From Promethearchaeota archaeon (GTDB lineage: Archaea; Asgardarchaeota; Lokiarchaeia; Sigyniarchaeales; SOKP01), in assembly GCA_019058445.1 (NCBI GenBank), contig JAHPZA010000010.1, positions 288,001 through 352,000 of the forward strand: a DNA stretch of 64,000 nucleotides, in the 5' to 3' direction. Below, piece by piece: positions 30,048-39,182 of this stretch. Below the pieces are notes generated by a model, which ran no database searches, was not told where the DNA came from, and worked only from the letters and a program-made list of their open reading frames with translations. A program made the position numbers and the translations under genes. Within the stretch, counting starts at the first letter, position 1. Each line of letters starts with the position of its first letter.

Positions 30048-31235
30048 GTGATTTTTATTCACATTTGTATAATCTTATTTGCAACCCATTCGAATGAAAG
30101 TTTAAATCAGAAAGTCGGAGGAATCGCAAATCAGGTTTTACAACTACTTCCTGCTTATGAAAAGATTAAGGATCTCAAAGTTTCAGTATTTTCTAAATAT
30201 TCAAAATATAAACCAAATACCACGAGAGTTAAAATCTATAATATACAAAAATTTAGTAATATTCAGAAATTCGCTCTTCGAACAGTCAATACAATCTATT
30301 TTTATCTTAGATTTTTTATAACAGTTAAAAAGCTAGCTAAAGAAAATCCAATACACGTAATTCATCAGCAAAATTATGGTTTTTATTTAATGGGACCATT
30401 AATTGTAGCTAAAATTTTACATATTCCAATTTTAGTCAAAACCCCTGCTGATATAAGAAGTCATATGATACACGCATATCTAACAAGGCGTCATGGAATA
30501 ATAACAAAGATGTTGATTTATGGTTGGTTTAATTTTTTTAAAAAAATCATTATTAAAAAAATTGATTTTATACAAGCTTTAAATGATCGAATTTATCAAG
30601 ATTTAATTTCTTTAAATTTTCCAAGAGAAAATATTTTAAAATTACCAAATGGAATTTCTCTTGATTATTTCCAAAATATTAAGAAAATAAATAAGAAATT
30701 TACTGCTTTTGGGTATATAGGGAGGCTGGAAAAACATAAAAATGTCAATTTTTTATTGCATACATTTAAGGAATATTTAAAAATATATCCATCCGATAAA
30801 TTATATATTTTTGGAAAAGGACCCGAGTACAAAAATATAACCACTATTATCAGTGAGAATGCCTTAGATCAAAATGTAGTAGTCTTTGGATTTGAAAATG
30901 ATAAAAATAAGATGTATTCCAATATTGATGTGCTAATAAATCCTTCTTATGGTGAAGGTATTTCCAATGTGATTTTGGAAGCAATGAGCACAGATACGTT
31001 TGTCATTGCTTCTAATGTTCATGGGAATAATGATATTATTGTACATAAATTCTCTGGTTTACTTTTTAATCCACATATGCAAAAAGAGTTATTAGAGCAA
31101 TTATTTTTTTATAAAGAAAATTCTAAAGCTGTTCAAAATATTCTCTTGAATGCTAAAAATGAAATATTAATTAAATATGAGATCAACGCAATTGCAAAAA
31201 GTATATTTGAGTTTTTAAAAACCAAATTGCATTAA
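30048..31235 (+). CDS. GT4 glycosyltransferase
   Basis: PNGIS, YIGRLEKHKN, SYGEGISNVILEAM. Confidence 0.9.
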   Translation: MIFIHICIILFATHSNESLNQKVGGIANQVLQLLPAYEKIKDLKVSVFSKYSKYKPNTTRVKIYNIQKFSNIQKFALRTVNTIYFYLRFFITVKKLAKENPIHVIHQQNYGFYLMGPLIVAKILHIPILVKTPADIRSHMIHAYLTRRHGIITKMLIYGWFNFFKKIIIKKIDFIQALNDRIYQDLISLNFPRENILKLPNGISLDYFQNIKKINKKFTAFGYIGRLEKHKNVNFLLHTFKEYLKIYPSDKLYIFGKGPEYKNITTIISENALDQNVVVFGFENDKNKMYSNIDVLINPSYGEGISNVILEAMSTDTFVIASNVHGNNDIIVHKFSGLLFNPHMQKELLEQLFFYKENSKAVQNILLNAKNEILIKYEINAIAKSIFEFLKTKLH

Positions 31236-31311
31236 TGCTGTTAATGAATTTCTAACAAATTCCTTGATAAAAATTTATAATTTGATATCCAGATTAATTA
31301 TAATTGGAGTT

Positions 31312-32814
31312 TTAAAAACTTTTATTAGAGTTCTTATTTTTTATGGCTAAATTTTCATATAACAACTTTATTAATGCTTTAATATTTAACATCAACTTAA
31401 AATATTTAATATCATCACGTTTTATAGCTTTTAGAAGATATAAAATTCCAAAATAGAATGTTAAATTAACAACAATAAAAATAGGAATTAAATAAATATA
31501 TTCAATTAAATTTAATGAGAATGGAAAAATGAAGTTTAGTGCCAAGACTACTAATATAGCGAATAGATATAAAAAAATTTGAAAGTTAAAACCATAACCA
31601 TACTTTTTCCATAAAATAAAACGATATATGGGGGAATATGTTGCATAACCAAACAATACTGCTAAAGCAACACCGTTAATTCCTAAATTCAAGCCATTAG
31701 GTGCAATAAAAAGTACTGTAAGAAAAATGGTATAGAGATCACCTATAATTTTTATTGAAGAATATAATTTAGTTAATCCTTTAGCATTTAATTCAGCAAA
31801 AACAGGAATATCATTTATCCAAATAAAATAAGATAAGATTAAAATATTAAAGACAAAAATGGATGGCTTATATATGTCCCCAATCAATAAAATAATTAAT
31901 TCATCCGAATACAAAAACGATAAGAGAACGACTGCTCCCCATAATATACAAGAATATTTTGATATTTTTTTTATTAATTCCTTATTCTTTTCCAACTTAT
32001 TATTAGCAATGTTTTTCGAAAAAATTGATATCATTATTAGCGTTATTATATTAGGAATAATTGTTCTAAACACAGCAAGATGATCTCCTGCATAATAAAA
32101 AGCTACTGCTTCTGATGAGATCCAAAATTCTATAAGAATGATACCAATATTGTCACTAATAAATGTAACAATAGTTGACAAAGTTAATGGATAAGTAAGA
32201 TTTAGATATTTTTTTAAAAAGACTTTTGTTGGTTTTCCTATTTTATATGGTATGCAATATATTAATAATGAAATTGTATTTATTGATGTCCCAATCAAAT
32301 AAATGAAAGCTAAGGAGAGTTCATTTCTTTGGAAAACAAATTGCGATAGTATTAAAACTATTATTTTAGAAGTTGTAGACACAATCCAAGGAAAAGAACC
32401 TTTTATCATTTCGTTATCTGCAACTAAGATATGCCTTAATGAAGTATTGATACTTTGAATAATTTGCTCAAACATAAAAATTAATACAAGAATAATCACA
32501 ATTGGCTCGAGAGTTATGAAACTTAGTAATAAAAAATAAAAAATCAATGAGAAAGAGATGAAAAGACCCTTAAAAAACATCAGAGTACCTATGCTTACTG
32601 CTTTATCCTCTGTTTCTGGATATATCTTCAAATGTGCTACATCAAATTTCAAATTAAAAACAAAACTAAAAATCGCAACAAATGATATAGCAAATTGAAC
32701 TTTACCAATCGCATATGGGTCATAAAAAAAAACCATAAGATAAAAAAAAATAAATGCTAAGACCGTATCGATTAATTTAAATGCTAAAACAAACAGAATT
32801 TTCTGAGATTCCAT
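31312..32814 (-). CDS. Oligosaccharide flippase (Wzx/RfbX, MOP superfamily)
   Basis: About 14 hydrophobic helices; AVAFYYAG and LGINGVALA motifs typical of polysaccharide biosynthesis transporters. Confidence 0.8.
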   Translation of the reverse strand: MESQKILFVLAFKLIDTVLAFIFFYLMVFFYDPYAIGKVQFAISFVAIFSFVFNLKFDVAHLKIYPETEDKAVSIGTLMFFKGLFISFSLIFYFLLLSFITLEPIVIILVLIFMFEQIIQSINTSLRHILVADNEMIKGSFPWIVSTTSKIIVLILSQFVFQRNELSLAFIYLIGTSINTISLLIYCIPYKIGKPTKVFLKKYLNLTYPLTLSTIVTFISDNIGIILIEFWISSEAVAFYYAGDHLAVFRTIIPNIITLIMISIFSKNIANNKLEKNKELIKKISKYSCILWGAVVLLSFLYSDELIILLIGDIYKPSIFVFNILILSYFIWINDIPVFAELNAKGLTKLYSSIKIIGDLYTIFLTVLFIAPNGLNLGINGVALAVLFGYATYSPIYRFILWKKYGYGFNFQIFLYLFAILVVLALNFIFPFSLNLIEYIYLIPIFIVVNLTFYFGILYLLKAIKRDDIKYFKLMLNIKALIKLLYENLAIKNKNSNKSF

Positions 32815-33131
32815 AATATAGTAGCATACATTTGTTAATTTGTTTATTATTAAGTAAAAATCATAAAAGAATATTAAATCAATGAATTGTAATATTTTAA
32901 ATCGAATAGTTGATAATATTTAAAAAATATTTCAAGATTTTAGATTTTAACGAATTAATTTAAAAAATTAAAAAATAACACCTTTATGTAAAATAATTAG
33001 GCAAAATGAGAAAAATTTCAATGAAAATATAATTAAAAAAACAAAAAGATAATAAAACTTAATTAATTAATCAATTATATTTAAAAGTCAGCTATAGAAT
33101 TTTAAAACTATTAAAACTGATATTAACACGT

Positions 33132-34112
33132 GTGAATATGTTTTACGAAAATAAGAAAGTAATAGTAACTGGAGCAGCTGGTTTTATAGGGAGTAATCTA
33201 ACAGATAAACTATTAGAATTAGGAGCAGGAGTTATAGGAATTGATAATTTATTTAATGGAAGAATAGAAAACTTGGATGATGCCATGAAGAATAAAAATT
33301 TTCAGTTTCACAAAGCGGATGTTAGAGATTTAAATTTTCTTTTAGAGATTTGTGAAGACGTTGATATTATTTTTCATGAAGCTGCATTTGCAAGTGTACC
33401 CCAATCAGTAAAAATGCCAGAAAACTGCAATGATGTTAATGTGAATGGAATTTTAAATGTATTAAATGCTGCTCGACGCATGGATGTTAAAAAAGTAGTC
33501 TTTGCTTCTAGTTCTTCTGTATATGGTGAAACTCCTGGACTAAAAAAAAATGAAGAAATGCGTAGAGTACCAATCTCTCCCTATGGTGCTGCTAAATTAG
33601 CATGTGAAGCATATATGTATGTATATTATCATGTTTATGGTTTAAAGACTACTTCACTAAGATATTTTAATGTATTTGGCCCAAGACAAAGAGATGATTC
33701 CCCCTATACGGGCGTAATAGCAATTTGGTTTAATAGAGCCCGCAATGATCAAAATTTAATAGTATTTGGAGATGGTGAACAGTCAAGAGATTTTACATAT
33801 GTAAAGGATGTGGTACAAGCTAATATATTGGTGGGTGAAAAGGATGCTGCTGGTGAGATTATTAATATTGGTGCTGGAAATCCTATTACTTTAAATAATC
33901 TTGGAAAATTAATTTTAAAACTTACTGGCAAAGAAAATTTAAAACTTGAATATACAGATCCAAGACCAGGAGATATTAAACATAGTTTTGCTGACCTTTC
34001 AAAAGCTAAAAATATGCTTGGTTTTCAACCAAAGTATAAACAGGAAGAAGGCTTGCGGGAATATTTTAAATGGTACGTTAAGATACACAACCTTAATCTG
34101 AAAATTAATTAA
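33132..34112 (+). CDS. NAD-dependent UDP-hexose/HexNAc 4-epimerase (WbpP/GalE-like SDR)
   Basis: TGAAGFIGS, HEAAFASVPQS, YGAAK, YFNVFGPRQ. Confidence 0.92.
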   Translation: MNMFYENKKVIVTGAAGFIGSNLTDKLLELGAGVIGIDNLFNGRIENLDDAMKNKNFQFHKADVRDLNFLLEICEDVDIIFHEAAFASVPQSVKMPENCNDVNVNGILNVLNAARRMDVKKVVFASSSSVYGETPGLKKNEEMRRVPISPYGAAKLACEAYMYVYYHVYGLKTTSLRYFNVFGPRQRDDSPYTGVIAIWFNRARNDQNLIVFGDGEQSRDFTYVKDVVQANILVGEKDAAGEIINIGAGNPITLNNLGKLILKLTGKENLKLEYTDPRPGDIKHSFADLSKAKNMLGFQPKYKQEEGLREYFKWYVKIHNLNLKIN

Positions 34113-34206
34113 GTTATTTAAAAAAATTCAGTAGACTGAATTAATCTTTTATATTTATTATGCCAATTTATGAAATTTATATTAATTTTAGGATATTCAA
34201 TAAAAA

Positions 34207-35403
34207 ATGAATATTTTATATATTGTAAATTATTTTCCTCCGAGTACTGGGGCAGCAGCTTTAAACGCTTTGGAAATTTCCAAATATCTAATTAAATTTG
34301 GTCATAACATAAATATATTGGCACCTGGTGATATGGGAAAAACTTTAAATTTAAAAAATTCATTGAATTTACAAAATAGTTACGGTTTAAATATTAGTTA
34401 TTCAAATTCTTATATTAAAACTCCTCTAAGTTGGGTTGTTTCACATTTTGAGAATTTTTTAAGATTTTTAATTCGAAAACAAAATTTTTTCAAACCAGAC
34501 TTAATTCTATCTCAATATCACCCCTTTCATTTTGCGAGTGTTTTTGGGGGATATTTATCTAAATTTTTAAATATTCCACATATAATTAGATCTCATGATA
34601 TTTTTCTTGATTTAGATTCACATTCTCGCTTATTTAATTCATATATTAAGCTAAATTATCCTCTTGTATATCGTTCCATCCAAAACTGTCATACTTTTTA
34701 CGTGACGGCATCAGAAATGATCGATTATTTCCATAATTTTAAAAATTTACATAACGTTAATTTCAAAATCCATCATAATGGGATAGATACTGATCTTTTT
34801 TTTCCTTTTAAAAACCAAGAAAAATTAAAAGATTTGTACGGATGCGAAATAATAATCTCGTTCATAGGATTAATGGCTCCTGATATAGGAATCCATAATT
34901 TAATCAACATATTTCCTGAAATTCTTAAAAAAACTAAAAAAGAAGTTCATATTGTGCTAATTGGAGAAGGAAGATCTAAAAATTATATCCTTAATCTAAT
35001 AAATAAATGGAATCTACATAAGTACATACATTTTTTAGGTATTATGCCTCATAATCAAATACCTTATTTTATCAATAATAGCGATCTTGGAATAGGAAGA
35101 ATAACTCATAAAAAAATGTGGAGATATATGGTTCCAATTAAATGTTTGGAATACATGGCTTGTCAAAAACCATTTATTTCCACCCCGATATCAATGGATG
35201 TTCTTAAAGATAATGATGTAGGATTATTATTACAAAAAGATTTTACTAATAAAGATCTTATCGATAAAATGTTGATGTTAATCGAAGATAAAAAACTCAG
35301 AAACAAACTTGGAGAACAAGGATTAAAAAAAGTCCATCAAGAATTTCGCTGGGAACTAATAATGAAAAATTTTAATCAAGATTTAAGAAATATTAAAAAA
35401 TAA
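34207..35403 (+). CDS. GT4 glycosyltransferase
   Basis: NYFPPSTGAA, HNGID, PIKCLEYMAC. Confidence 0.9.
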   Translation: MNILYIVNYFPPSTGAAALNALEISKYLIKFGHNINILAPGDMGKTLNLKNSLNLQNSYGLNISYSNSYIKTPLSWVVSHFENFLRFLIRKQNFFKPDLILSQYHPFHFASVFGGYLSKFLNIPHIIRSHDIFLDLDSHSRLFNSYIKLNYPLVYRSIQNCHTFYVTASEMIDYFHNFKNLHNVNFKIHHNGIDTDLFFPFKNQEKLKDLYGCEIIISFIGLMAPDIGIHNLINIFPEILKKTKKEVHIVLIGEGRSKNYILNLINKWNLHKYIHFLGIMPHNQIPYFINNSDLGIGRITHKKMWRYMVPIKCLEYMACQKPFISTPISMDVLKDNDVGLLLQKDFTNKDLIDKMLMLIEDKKLRNKLGEQGLKKVHQEFRWELIMKNFNQDLRNIKK

Positions 35404-35581
35404 ACTAGTTTACCTTAAAATTGATTAAAAAGAATATTAGGATTTTTCTTAGCTTTATAATATTGAAAACCTTTACGAGATTCTTTTTAATTCAAAGAAG
35501 ATTGTTATTATAATCATGACACATTTTAAATTCTTATTAAAGAATTTCTGTACTCAATAGATAATTAGAAAAAAAGTTGGA

Positions 35582-36508
35582 TCACAAAAATTTCTTAGGC
35601 ATAATATCTTCACTATATATATTATCTAAAGAGAATTTTTCTACTATTTCTAATATCTGATTAATTTCGTCAGTCGATAATATATCTCTCCATGCTTTAA
35701 TCGGATTAGTCTTTTTTAATAAAGTACTATCTTTTTTTACCGTAAAGGAAAGGGTATTTTTAATCAGATTTTGGTTAAAATCAATATCAAACTTTAACTC
35801 TCTAAATATTTTTTTTAGTTCCATTTCTGGATTTAAATATAAATTCTCATAAGTGGTTATACACCAATCATTGTGTTCCATTGTATTTAAAGCTACTAAA
35901 TTTTCTGCTGCCCAAATACACGCATTTCTTTCTATTTGAGTTTTAGCTTGAGAAATAATATGATTTAATGAAGAGAGATGATCTTTCATTAGATTTTCTT
36001 GTTTTAATATAATATCAATGTCAGTTGTAGCCCAATTCAATCTTGTTCTGGATTCAACTACTGCACAAGGATGCCTCAAAATATATATAATCGGTATTTT
36101 GGGAAAATTATTTTTTAACCACTTTAAGAAAAAGCTAGCTCTTATTGTTTTAATAATACGACCTTGAGGTCTAAAATATTTATTGTCTTGATCCACCCAT
36201 AGACTTCTTATCTCTCCTTTAAGAATTTTGTTAAATAATTGGGAATAAGTAGAATTTATGCTATCTGGAGGGATATATTGTTTATTCAACAAGTTTTTAC
36301 AAATTTTAACTTTCCTAGGATTAAAAGGTTCAAAAATTATTCGATATTTGAAAATTTGAGTTAATAACTCTGCTAACCAAGTCGTCCCACTTCTACCAGT
36401 TCCTGAAACTAAAATAGTATTATTAAGAGAATGATTTTTCTCAAAGAAAAATATGTTGAATATTCTATTTTTATTTACTATTTTTGAAAATTTAGTTCCT
36501 TTTAACAT
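35582..36508 (-). CDS. Sulfotransferase family protein
   Basis: SGTGRSGTTWLAELL, FEP, LRHPCAVVES, YENLYLNP. Confidence 0.85.
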   Translation of the reverse strand: MLKGTKFSKIVNKNRIFNIFFFEKNHSLNNTILVSGTGRSGTTWLAELLTQIFKYRIIFEPFNPRKVKICKNLLNKQYIPPDSINSTYSQLFNKILKGEIRSLWVDQDNKYFRPQGRIIKTIRASFFLKWLKNNFPKIPIIYILRHPCAVVESRTRLNWATTDIDIILKQENLMKDHLSSLNHIISQAKTQIERNACIWAAENLVALNTMEHNDWCITTYENLYLNPEMELKKIFRELKFDIDFNQNLIKNTLSFTVKKDSTLLKKTNPIKAWRDILSTDEINQILEIVEKFSLDNIYSEDIMPKKFL

Positions 36509-36653
36509 CAGTAATATAAAATTTTTAATTAAAAATCTTAATATAGAAGGTATTGATTATTAGAATGGTTTTGTTTGTATTATTTTTTTTTAAAAATTGA
36601 ATTTATATTAAATTTAAAGAAAGTGCTTAAATTTATCCATCTATATTCAACAT

Positions 36654-36782
36654 TATTCAGGATTTAATGTAAAGGTTGAGAATTATGCAAACTCTCTGAA
36701 ATCTGAAATAATTAAGAATTAGAGATTAAATACAGAAGAAGATATCTATTTTTGTACTAAACCAAAAGAATTTTCAATTTAG
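36654..36782 (+). pseudogene. 3' remnant of a class I methyltransferase-like gene with an internal stop
   Basis: Hand translation YSGFNVKVENYANSLKSEIIKN*RLNTEEDIYFCTKPKEFSI*. Resembles the GFxV...Y.L..E.IY.CxK C-terminus of glycan-cluster methyltransferases; no 5' part. Confidence 0.5.
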
Positions 36783-36841
36783 GATTTACATTTTATAGCT
36801 TTATATTGTTTTATAATAGCACAAATTTTTAATTTTTAATA

Positions 36842-38887
36842 TTACTGGATAAAACCATAGAAATCTTCAGTTTTGCCATTTATGATATTAAGCATATTTT
36901 GAATTCTGTCGATATAATTATGCTTTTCTCGTGCTAATTTCTCTGCGTTATTTCTTATTTTTTCCCTTAAATCATGATTAGGGATATATTTCTTTAAGAG
37001 ATTAAGGAGTTCTTCATGGCTATTAAACCATAATAGATGTTGCTCATTTTTAGCTAATTTTTCTAATCCCTCAAAATAATTTGTGATGAAACAACAACCA
37101 GATCCAAGAGCAATATACGGTCGATTTGAAGCATATAATTCTAAATCTTTTAATGCTGGTGTGCCACCAAAAATGATCTTACATTTAGAATAATATTCTG
37201 GAAGATTATTATAAATCCTTTTGAAAATCTTCACCTTAAAATGTTTACTTATCATTTGGAGTGCCTGTCTTCTCTCTTGATAATAAGGATAATCCTTTGT
37301 ATTAACCAATTGTCCAGCAAAGCCAACATCATACACTTCTTTTATAAATCTATTTCGATGAATGATCTCTGGCATTATAGCAACAGGCATATAATAGACT
37401 TTGTCTAAATTAAATTTTTTTTTATATAGAGGAACTTCTCCCTTACTTGTTATAAACATATAATCAATTAAATCCTTGAAATCATAGGATTCGAAAGTTG
37501 TAATATCCCACATCCAGTAGATAATCTTTATAGAAGATGATCTAAAATAATCTGCATTTTTTATTAAAAAATCATAAACTACTTTTCCCCCAATCCATAA
37601 AATATCTGGTTTAAATATCTTTATATACTTTAGAATATAATTAAATGAGTTATCCTTGATATCTAAAATCTGAGTGTTATAACCAAGTTTTTTAAAAGCC
37701 CGTGCTTGACTATCCCATCTCGCGTTAGCGAGAGATACATATCTAAGTGAATAAACTCCCAATAATAATACCCTTATATTATTTTTATTTACTGGAAAGC
37801 TAATTTGATTTTGAATTAAAACCTGAATCATTTTAAAAGATGAGCTTAAATTAATCCACTCAAAATTAAGATTATTATCATCTAATATTTTTACTATTAT
37901 TCCCTTTTCAAAAAGTTGAGCTACATCTTTAGTAAGATAGTTTTTACTTTCAGGAATAATAAGCAATATTTGTGAATCTTTTTTTACTATTTGTTTTAAG
38001 ATATTAAATAACTTTTGATTATCTGAATAATTTCTGAATTCTAGGAAATTAGCAATAATAGCCATATCAAATGAATTTTCGGAAATATTAGAAAGAGATT
38101 CAATAGAGTTGAAGTTTTGAACAGCTCTAATATAGGGATTTAACTGTTTTATAGCTTGTGCTAAAATTTCTATATGATGACCGATTATACATAAATTTCT
38201 GATATCAAAAAAGAGATTTTCATTTTGCTTTAAAATATTTAAAATATCATTTATTTTTTCTTGTGAAGTCTTGTCTGATAATGGTTTTATAATTTTAGAT
38301 TTTACAGCTGTTATGGTTATAGTTCCATTAATCTTTAAATCAGAATAATTTATATCTTTAATAAAGAATTGATTTTTACTTAATGAGATCTTTATTTTTT
38401 CTAATTTATCATTATTATTCCCAAATTTTATCTGAATCTTAAGGATACCACCGGGAATTAATTTCTTTTTCCAAGCTTTTAATATTTTATCGTATTTTTT
38501 ATTGGGAATGTATTTTAAAAAATGCTTAATATGAATCATTTGACATGATTCATTTTTTAAGGGTAAATTTTTTAAATTGGAACAGCAGAATGGATTGTTA
38601 GAGATATATGGATCTATTTTAATAAATAGTGTAAATTTAGACTTTCTAATAAACCCAATATGAATAGTCCAAAATTGATCCATTAATTTAAGAGAACTAC
38701 TTTTGTTTAAAAAGTAAAAAATTTGAAAATTAAGTTTAAATCTAAAGTAAATTCGCATAAGTGAAGAAAAAAATGAATTAGATATCTTGTATGTATGATT
38801 TCTCTTTAAAGCTTTGCTCCTTGCTTTTTTTATTGATCTGAATAAGAGTGATTTTCGTAATTTTTCAAATTTCACTTTAGATAACAT
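36842..38887 (-). CDS. Multidomain protein: two degenerate methyltransferase-like domains + CgeB/Glyco_trans_1_2 glycosyltransferase
   Basis: LPLKNESCQMIHIKHFLKYI...LIPGGIL; SFDMAIIANFLEF...ILLIIP; C-terminal YDVGFAG, SNRPYIALGSG, HNYIDRI. Confidence 0.75.
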   Translation of the reverse strand: MLSKVKFEKLRKSLLFRSIKKARSKALKRNHTYKISNSFFSSLMRIYFRFKLNFQIFYFLNKSSSLKLMDQFWTIHIGFIRKSKFTLFIKIDPYISNNPFCCSNLKNLPLKNESCQMIHIKHFLKYIPNKKYDKILKAWKKKLIPGGILKIQIKFGNNNDKLEKIKISLSKNQFFIKDINYSDLKINGTITITAVKSKIIKPLSDKTSQEKINDILNILKQNENLFFDIRNLCIIGHHIEILAQAIKQLNPYIRAVQNFNSIESLSNISENSFDMAIIANFLEFRNYSDNQKLFNILKQIVKKDSQILLIIPESKNYLTKDVAQLFEKGIIVKILDDNNLNFEWINLSSSFKMIQVLIQNQISFPVNKNNIRVLLLGVYSLRYVSLANARWDSQARAFKKLGYNTQILDIKDNSFNYILKYIKIFKPDILWIGGKVVYDFLIKNADYFRSSSIKIIYWMWDITTFESYDFKDLIDYMFITSKGEVPLYKKKFNLDKVYYMPVAIMPEIIHRNRFIKEVYDVGFAGQLVNTKDYPYYQERRQALQMISKHFKVKIFKRIYNNLPEYYSKCKIIFGGTPALKDLELYASNRPYIALGSGCCFITNYFEGLEKLAKNEQHLLWFNSHEELLNLLKKYIPNHDLREKIRNNAEKLAREKHNYIDRIQNMLNIINGKTEDFYGFIQ

Positions 38888-39182
38888 ATATATCTTAATA
38901 TATCTTAATTTTTCAAATTGAATGAATTTAAAATTATTGATTGTATTGGTTAAAATAGAGTTATTAATTTAATAATTTGTAAAATACTTAATTTACTAGT
39001 ATACTTATAAAAAAGAAATTTTAAGTTTAAAATAAATTTAATTACAGCAAGAAAACACATAAATTTCAAAAACATCCAATGCAAATTATATCATAAAAAC
39101 CTTAAGTTATTAAATACTAGATAAAAAATAAATGAATGAATATAATATTTTATCATAACCAATATAGGATCTATTAAAATTT

